Source of the DNA: an uncultured Bacilli bacterium
GTDB lineage: Bacteria > Bacillota_I > Bacilli_A > RF39 > UBA660
Direction of reading: 5' to 3'
Length of the DNA stretch: 64,000 nt
Assembly (NCBI GenBank): GCA_934129945.1
Contig: CAKOXC010000004.1
Location: 2,579-66,578 of the forward strand
Of the stretch, positions 57,876 through 64,000 are shown piece after piece (positions within the stretch are counted from its first letter, which is position 1; each line of letters starts with the position of its first letter). The position numbers were made by a program, and so were the translations under genes. The notes below the pieces were generated by a model, which had not been told where the DNA came from, searched no databases, and saw only the letters and a program-made list of their open reading frames with translations.

Positions 57876-58817
57876 ATGAAAAGTATATTGATAACAGGCG
57901 GCGCAGGATTTATAGGCTGCCATTTAACACAAAAACTATTAGAAGAAGGGAACTATGTAATATGCATAGATGATTTTACTTTAGGAAATGAACAAAATAT
58001 GGTTTCTTTCATAAATGATAAAAATTTTAAATTTATAAAAGAAGATGTAACAAATGTTGATATAATATTAAAAAAACTCGAAAATACTAATATCGATATT
58101 ATATATCATTTGGCAGCAAATTCTGATATTCAAAAAGGTGGTAAAAATCCAGAAGTAGATTTTCATCATACTTTAAAAACAACTTATGCTGCTTTAGAAA
58201 TAGCACGAATTAAAGGAGTAAAAAATTTCTTCTTTGCATCAACATCTGCAATTTATGGTGATCGAAAAGATGAAATTTTAAGTGAAAATTTAGGAAATTT
58301 AAGGCCAATATCATACTATGGTGCATCAAAATTGGCAAGTGAATCTCTAATTTCAGCTTATACATACATGAATGAAATGAATGCTGTAATTTTTAGATTT
58401 CCTAATGTTATTGGACCAAATTTAACTCATGGTGTTATATTTGATTTTGTTCAAAAACTAAAAGCAAATCCTCAAAAATTACAAATTTTAGGAGATGGTA
58501 CACAATCAAAACCATACATTTATGTATGTGATTTAGTTGAAGTTATATTGAAAATGACTAAAGATATATCAGAAGGTGTAGAAATATATAATATTGGTGT
58601 TGAAGGTACAACTTCAGTTACAAAAATAGCAGATATTGTGTGTGAAGAATTAGGATTAAAAAATGTTAAATATGAATATACTGGTGGAAATGTTGGATGG
58701 AAAGGCGATGTACCTAAATTTCAATATGATTTAACAAAAATACATTCTAAAGGTTGGAAGGCATCGCATAATTCTGACGAATCAGTTAAAGAAACAGTAA
58801 AACATTTACATAAATAA
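57876..58817 (+). CDS. NAD-dependent epimerase/dehydratase family protein
   Basis: ILITGGAGFIGCHL Rossmann motif; YGASK (YxxxK) catalytic motif. Confidence 0.8.
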   Translation: MKSILITGGAGFIGCHLTQKLLEEGNYVICIDDFTLGNEQNMVSFINDKNFKFIKEDVTNVDIILKKLENTNIDIIYHLAANSDIQKGGKNPEVDFHHTLKTTYAALEIARIKGVKNFFFASTSAIYGDRKDEILSENLGNLRPISYYGASKLASESLISAYTYMNEMNAVIFRFPNVIGPNLTHGVIFDFVQKLKANPQKLQILGDGTQSKPYIYVCDLVEVILKMTKDISEGVEIYNIGVEGTTSVTKIADIVCEELGLKNVKYEYTGGNVGWKGDVPKFQYDLTKIHSKGWKASHNSDESVKETVKHLHK

Positions 58818-58834
58818 TGAAAATTAAAATGCTG

Positions 58835-59352
58835 TTATTGATATTTTAAATTTCTATTTGCAATATGTGTTATATTTATTCATACAGAGCTTTATTTAAA
58901 AATCAAGTATGGTTTTTATATTCATCAAATGATTTTTAGATTAGCAGTTCCATTCTTCTTTATATGCTCAGGATATTTATATTATTTTATAGGTTATTAT
59001 TTAGGTTTAAATAATATAAAAATTTCAAAGAAAAAATTGATTTTTCCGTTTATTCTATTTACTATTTTCTTATTTTTTTGAAGTTAATATTATAAAAAAT
59101 CATTTATACGAAATTACTCAGTATGAATTTTTGTTGCAACATTGTTATTTCTTATTTTAATAAATATTAATATTAATAAAAACTATAAAATATTTAGAAA
59201 AATGTCCACTTATATGTTTTATTCACATATGCTAATAATTTATCTATTAAAAGTAACAAAGTTTGATAAAGGAATATTATTTGATTTAACAGTTTTATTT
59301 GTAACTATAGTTTTAAGTTATATTGAATATTTAATAATGAAATTATATAAAT
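58835..59352 (+). pseudogene. Decayed acyltransferase-3 family (membrane O-acyltransferase) gene remnant
   Basis: Frame fragments CVIFIHTELY...IFRLAVPFFFICSGYLYYF (AT3 N-terminal signature) and a C-terminal TM fragment, separated by stops/frameshifts; about 0.5 kb total versus about 1 kb expected. Confidence 0.45.
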
Positions 59353-59371
59353 ACAATAGGGAGGTAATTAA

Positions 59372-60679
59372 ATGAAAGCAGTTATAATGGCTGGTGGCAA
59401 AGGAACAAGAATTAGTAGTATTACTACAGATATTCCAAAGGCAATGATGCCAATAGTAGGAATTCCAATTATTTTACATCAAATTAATTGTTTAAAAAAA
59501 TCTGGTATTAATGAAATTTACGTTGTCATAGGTCACTTAGGAAATGTTATAAAAAATTATTTAAAAGACGGTAGTGATTTTAATGTAAAAATTAAATACA
59601 TAGAAGAATCATTACCTCTAGGTACAGGTGGAGCATTATATTATTTAAAAAATTATATTAGTGATGATTTTGTTTTCTTATTTGGTGATGTATTTTTAAG
59701 TGTAGATTTTAATAGAATGATAAATTATCATTGTTCTAAAAAATCTGATGCAACATTATTTGTCCATCCTAATATTCATCCTTATGACAGTGTTTTAGTT
59801 AATAGTGATATTAATGGTAAAATAATAGATATTGATTCAAAAAGAACTGCAAGAGATTATGATTATAAAAATAATGTTAATGCTGGAATATTTATATTTT
59901 CTCCAAAGATATTTAATTATGTTAAAGAACCTGTGAAAACAGACTTAGAAAATAATATAATTGTGCCAATGATTAATGATGGATGTAATATGTTTACTTA
60001 TAAATCTACAGAATATGCAAAAGATATGGGAACACCTGAAAGATATTATGCTGTTAATCAAGATTGTGAATCAGGACTTGTTGAGGCAAGAAATTTGAGT
60101 AATCCACAAAAATGTATTTTTTTAGATAGAGATGGAACTATAAATGAATATGTTGGTTTTTTGAGAAAAAAAGAAGATATGAAATTGATTCCTGGTGTTG
60201 TTGAAGCTATAAGAAAAATTAATAATTCAGAATATTTATGTATTGTTGTAACTAACCAACCAGTAGTTGCGAGAGGTGAAGTTAGTTTTTCAGAATTAAA
60301 TAATATTCATAAGAAACTTGAAACATTATTAGGAAATGAAGGAGTTTATGTGGATGATATTTATTTTTGCCCCCATCATCCACATAAGGGATTTGATGGT
60401 GAAATACCAGAATTAAAATTTGAATGTAATTGTAGAAAGCCAAATACAGGAATGATTGTTGAAGCTGCCAAAAAATATAATATAGATGTAGAAAATTCTT
60501 GGATAATAGGCGATTCAACACTGGATATAATGCTTGGACATAATGCTAATATGAATTCTATTTTAGTAGAAACAGGACAAGCTGGATTAGATGGAAAGTT
60601 TGATGTTGAACCTACTGAAGTTGCAATGGATTTAAATGATGCAGTAGAAAAAATAATGGTAAGAAAGAGAGAAAGATAA
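59372..60679 (+). CDS. hddC-gmhB: Bifunctional D-glycero-alpha-D-manno-heptose-1-phosphate guanylyltransferase / D,D-heptose-1,7-bisphosphate phosphatase (HddC-GmhB fusion)
   Basis: N-terminus MKAVIMAGGKGTRI (NTP-transferase); C-terminus IFLDRDGTIN (HAD DxD), CPHHPH..CNCRKP (GmhB zinc site), IGDS. Confidence 0.8.
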   Translation: MKAVIMAGGKGTRISSITTDIPKAMMPIVGIPIILHQINCLKKSGINEIYVVIGHLGNVIKNYLKDGSDFNVKIKYIEESLPLGTGGALYYLKNYISDDFVFLFGDVFLSVDFNRMINYHCSKKSDATLFVHPNIHPYDSVLVNSDINGKIIDIDSKRTARDYDYKNNVNAGIFIFSPKIFNYVKEPVKTDLENNIIVPMINDGCNMFTYKSTEYAKDMGTPERYYAVNQDCESGLVEARNLSNPQKCIFLDRDGTINEYVGFLRKKEDMKLIPGVVEAIRKINNSEYLCIVVTNQPVVARGEVSFSELNNIHKKLETLLGNEGVYVDDIYFCPHHPHKGFDGEIPELKFECNCRKPNTGMIVEAAKKYNIDVENSWIIGDSTLDIMLGHNANMNSILVETGQAGLDGKFDVEPTEVAMDLNDAVEKIMVRKRER

Positions 60680-61284
60680 TGGATTTTAAAAGCGCTATAA
60701 AAGAATATTATGAAAGAGAAATTAAAATAATTAATAACTTAAATTTAGAAGAAATTAATGATGCTATGAATTTAATTTATAAAACATATAAAAATGATGG
60801 TACTATATACATTTGTGGAAATGGTGGAAGTGCTTCAACAGCATCACATTTTCAAAATGATTTTAATAAAGGCATAAGTGAATATGTTGAAAAAAAATTT
60901 AGATTTCAATGTATCAATGATAATATTTCAACAATGTTGGCTATATCTAATGATATTGGATATGAAGAAGTATTTAGATTTCAACTAAAAAATAAAATTA
61001 CTCCAAATGATATATTTATTGGTATATCAGGAAGTGGAAATTCTAAAAATGTCCTAAATGCAGCCGAATATGCTAAAAAAGTTGGAGCAAAAGTAATTGG
61101 AATTACTGGATATTCGGGTGGAAAATTAAAAGAAATATCTGACTGTAAGATGCATGTTGATATTATGGATATGCAAATTACTGAAGATTTACATATGACT
61201 TTTGATCATATGATGATGAAAATTTTTTATAACTATTTAGTTGCTGGTACTATATCAGGGAATAATGAGCATGATAATCATTAA
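60679..61284 (+). CDS. gmhA: Phosphoheptose isomerase (SIS domain)
   Basis: YICGNGGSASTASHFQNDF is the GmhA signature. Confidence 0.85.
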   Translation: MDFKSAIKEYYEREIKIINNLNLEEINDAMNLIYKTYKNDGTIYICGNGGSASTASHFQNDFNKGISEYVEKKFRFQCINDNISTMLAISNDIGYEEVFRFQLKNKITPNDIFIGISGSGNSKNVLNAAEYAKKVGAKVIGITGYSGGKLKEISDCKMHVDIMDMQITEDLHMTFDHMMMKIFYNYLVAGTISGNNEHDNH

Positions 61285-61299
61285 TTGAGGTGATTTTGA

Positions 61300-62823
61300 A
61301 TGTTAAAAAAATCATTAGCTTTAGCTTATGAATTAAACAATGAATTTGTCGAAGATTTTATTAATCAAGTAAAAAAATATAATGATGAAATTCATGTCGA
61401 TGAATATTTAATATTTTATAGTTGTTTGAGCAATAAAAACTTAAGAAAAATATCAGAAAGTTGTTCATGTACTTTTATCAAAGTTACAAGAATAATTAAA
61501 TCAAAATTCGAAATTTTTAAATATTTAAAAGAATTTGAAACAATTATTTATACAAACATAAATGTTATTTTAACAAAAGATTTTATTGAAAAATACAAGG
61601 TATATGATTTTTCAACAATAATTCTAAAAAAACAATTTGTAGAATATAACTTTAAAAAAATTATAACTAAATACAATATGTTTGATTTTGGACATGACTA
61701 TTCTTTAATTATAATAAATGATAAATTAAAAAATTATTCTAAAATAAGTAAATGGTGTATAAGAAAATCACTAATGTACTATTTTGTGATGTGTGATAGA
61801 ATTGATGCAACATTGGATTTAATGATTCAACATTTTAAAATCGATATAAACCCAATAATAGAGAAAAATAATAATATTAACAAGTTAACTTATGAATATA
61901 AAATGCCACAACATTTTAAAAGAGTTAATGGACCTTTAGTATCTATAATTATGTCGATTTATGATAGAGAAAAATATTATAAAGAAGCAATAAATAGTAT
62001 TTTAAATCAAACATATTTAAATATTGAACTAATAATTGTTTTGGAGTATTCTAATGTTCAAGAAAAAATATATAAAAATTTACTAAAAATTAATGATAAT
62101 AGAATAAAAATAATAAAAAATAAAAAAAAGTTGGGATTTGCTGAATCGTTAAATTTTGCAATAAAAAATGCTAAAGGAAAATATATTGCAAGAATGGATG
62201 ATGATGATATTTCTATAGATAATAGAATAGAAAAACAAGTTAATTATTTAGAAAAAAATAAAGAAGTAGGTATTTTGGGTACATATATGCAATTTTTTGG
62301 ACAAAGTAATTTGGTATGCAAATTAGCAACAGATTATGAAGATTTAAGATTGTTATGTTTGTTTAAAACTCCATTATTTCATCCAACTGTAATATTTAAT
62401 TTAAATGTAATAAAAAAAGACGATTTAGTGTATAACAAAGGAATTTTTGCAGAAGATTATGAATTATGGAGTCGCTTAATAAAAAAATATGTTGTAGAAA
62501 ATCTTCCTGAAGTTTTATATTATTATAGATTAAATGGTGAAAACAATTCTACAAGTGATGATAAAAAAATGAATGAATCTCATCTAAATATTATGAGATA
62601 TCAGATGAAAGAAAATTTAAAATTAGATTTATCTTTTGATGATTTACAAATATTAAATGGTAGGATTGATGTGATTGGCTTTTCTAAAAATAAAGAATAT
62701 GTCTTTAAAAGAAAAGTTAAATTATTAAACATTATAAAAGCAAAAAATTATTATAATGCAGAAAGTATGGAAAAAATAATTACAGAATTTGAAAAATATT
62801 ACCAACAAATAAAATTAAAATAA
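61300..62823 (+). CDS. Two-domain glycosyltransferase (GT8-like + GT2), paralog of the 53773 ORF
   Basis: C-domain PLVSIIMSIYDREKYYKEAINSILNQTYLNIELIIV...ARMDDDDIS nearly identical in motif layout to the 53773 ORF. Confidence 0.7.
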   Translation: MLKKSLALAYELNNEFVEDFINQVKKYNDEIHVDEYLIFYSCLSNKNLRKISESCSCTFIKVTRIIKSKFEIFKYLKEFETIIYTNINVILTKDFIEKYKVYDFSTIILKKQFVEYNFKKIITKYNMFDFGHDYSLIIINDKLKNYSKISKWCIRKSLMYYFVMCDRIDATLDLMIQHFKIDINPIIEKNNNINKLTYEYKMPQHFKRVNGPLVSIIMSIYDREKYYKEAINSILNQTYLNIELIIVLEYSNVQEKIYKNLLKINDNRIKIIKNKKKLGFAESLNFAIKNAKGKYIARMDDDDISIDNRIEKQVNYLEKNKEVGILGTYMQFFGQSNLVCKLATDYEDLRLLCLFKTPLFHPTVIFNLNVIKKDDLVYNKGIFAEDYELWSRLIKKYVVENLPEVLYYYRLNGENNSTSDDKKMNESHLNIMRYQMKENLKLDLSFDDLQILNGRIDVIGFSKNKEYVFKRKVKLLNIIKAKNYYNAESMEKIITEFEKYYQQIKLK

Positions 62824-62889
62824 TTAAAATTTTATAATTAATTTTTTTGTAATTATTTTCAAGTTTAATAGAAAATATGAGGTGAGAAA

Positions 62890-64000
62890 ATGTTAAAGAA
62901 GTGTGATATTTTAATTCCTATATATAACGCTCCTGAATGGGTAAATCTATGTGTTTATTCATTAATTACGAATACGCAAAAAGAATATATAAATAAAATA
63001 TATTTACTTGATGATAATTCTAATGAATATACAAAAAATTTATTGATAAATTTAAAAGATAAGTATCATGATGTAATTGAAATTGTTACTAATAAAACAA
63101 ATTTAGGCTTCGTAAAAAATTGTAATAATGGTATGAAACTATCTATGAATGATAAAAATTCTCAGTGTGTATTATTATTAAATACTGATTGTTTAGTCAG
63201 TAAAAATACCGTTAATAAATTGATGAATCATATAAATTGCAATGATAAAATTGGTCTAATTTGTCCTATTTCTAGTAATGCTGCTAATTTATCATTCGAT
63301 ATTTTTGAAGGTTTTAATTTTAATCAAATGAATGACTTATTTGAAAAAAAATTTATGGGAATAACATTTGATGCATGCACAGTTGTAGGGAATTGTTTAA
63401 TGATAACAAAAAAATGTATTGATACAGTTGGATTTCTTGATGAAGCATATGGTATGGGATATGGTGAAGAAACTGATTATCATTTTAGAAGTTTATCAAA
63501 AGGTTTTGAAGCAAAAGTTGCAATAGATACATATGTTTTTCATAAATCTGAAGTTTCATTTGGAACTTCCAAAGAAAAACAAGAAAGATTAAATAAAAAT
63601 AGACAATTGTTTTTTTCAAAGTGGGGTAAGGAATATAAGCAATGTATTAAAGAATATTTAAAAAATGATCCAATAGAATTTATAAATTCTAAAATTAAGG
63701 ATTATGATAGAAAACCTTTAGTAAATACCCTATTTTATTTACCAGATATTCATCAAAATGCAGGTGGATGCCATGTGGTAACTGATTTAGTAAATTATAT
63801 GGCAATTAATGGATATAACACAAATATATTATATAATAATATTGTTAATTATAAGGAAATAATGTTATTTAAGCCTATTAATATAAAAAATATAGAAAAT
63901 ATTGCTTTTAATCAAATAGTTTCTACAATTTGGGCATCAGTTTATCATGCATATAAAATAGCTAATGATTACAAAGTACCTTTGATTAATTTTGTACAGG
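62890..64000 (+). CDS. Family 2 glycosyltransferase, possibly two-domain; 3' end beyond window
   Basis: CDILIPIYNAPEWVNLCVYSLI...LLDDNSNE GT2 signature; open frame continues to the window edge. Confidence 0.6.
   Translation, partial: MLKKCDILIPIYNAPEWVNLCVYSLITNTQKEYINKIYLLDDNSNEYTKNLLINLKDKYHDVIEIVTNKTNLGFVKNCNNGMKLSMNDKNSQCVLLLNTDCLVSKNTVNKLMNHINCNDKIGLICPISSNAANLSFDIFEGFNFNQMNDLFEKKFMGITFDACTVVGNCLMITKKCIDTVGFLDEAYGMGYGEETDYHFRSLSKGFEAKVAIDTYVFHKSEVSFGTSKEKQERLNKNRQLFFSKWGKEYKQCIKEYLKNDPIEFINSKIKDYDRKPLVNTLFYLPDIHQNAGGCHVVTDLVNYMAINGYNTNILYNNIVNYKEIMLFKPINIKNIENIAFNQIVSTIWASVYHAYKIANDYKVPLINFVQ

Noticed and set aside
1-64000. CRISPR arrays, tRNA/rRNA genes, integrase-associated att sites
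   Set aside because: I scanned for regularly spaced direct repeats, cloverleaf-like GC-rich islands and tRNA-proximal recombinase genes. None was found in this extremely AT-rich window.

Overview
Very AT-rich Firmicutes (Clostridium-like) chromosomal window. All calls below are made by eye from motifs in the supplied ORF translations and raw sequence; no database search was run.

Left flank (1-4.7 kb): SEDS-family peptidoglycan polymerase, a membrane-anchored PTS EIIB-like protein, a CotY/CotZ-type Cys-rich spore coat protein, a metallophosphoesterase, a CPBP protease and a thioredoxin-fold protein.

Main feature (about 4.75-33.3 kb): one co-directional plus-strand cluster that mixes two normally separate machineries.
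- Tad/Flp-type pilus parts: CpaB, a VirB11/CpaF-family ATPase, two GspF/TadB-TadC-like platform proteins, four pilin-like proteins with an unusual shared N-terminus, and a degenerate CpaE/TadZ-like protein.
- Conjugative-T4SS parts: four VirB2/TrbC-like paralogs with a conserved CxxC-x5-C tail, VirB6/TrbL-like, VirB3-like, a split VirB4 ATPase, a three-domain cell-wall hydrolase and a VirD4 coupling protein.
- Also present: large Cys-rich secreted proteins.
- Absent from the window: relaxase, integrase and prepilin peptidase.
- The cluster ends in double terminators followed by an Rpn (PD-(D/E)XK) transposase-like gene with a tandem partial duplication.
- I regard this as a candidate undescribed hybrid Tad-pilus/T4SS apparatus.

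Downstream: spoVAC-spoVAD-spoVAEb, scpAB, perR-rubrerythrin, tsaE-tsaB-rimI-tsaD. Then a decayed type III toxin-antitoxin locus (one ToxI-like repeat, terminator, disrupted ToxN/AbiQ-like toxin), a YfhO-like membrane protein with a divergent GT2, an orphan RhuM-Doc protein and a frameshifted Bro-N gene.

Right end: glmS with no recognisable ribozyme leader, then a glycan locus extending past the window edge. It has an ABC exporter, paralogous two-domain glycosyltransferases, a complete GDP-D-glycero-alpha-D-manno-heptose pathway (gmhA, hddA, fused hddC-gmhB), an epimerase and a decayed acyltransferase.
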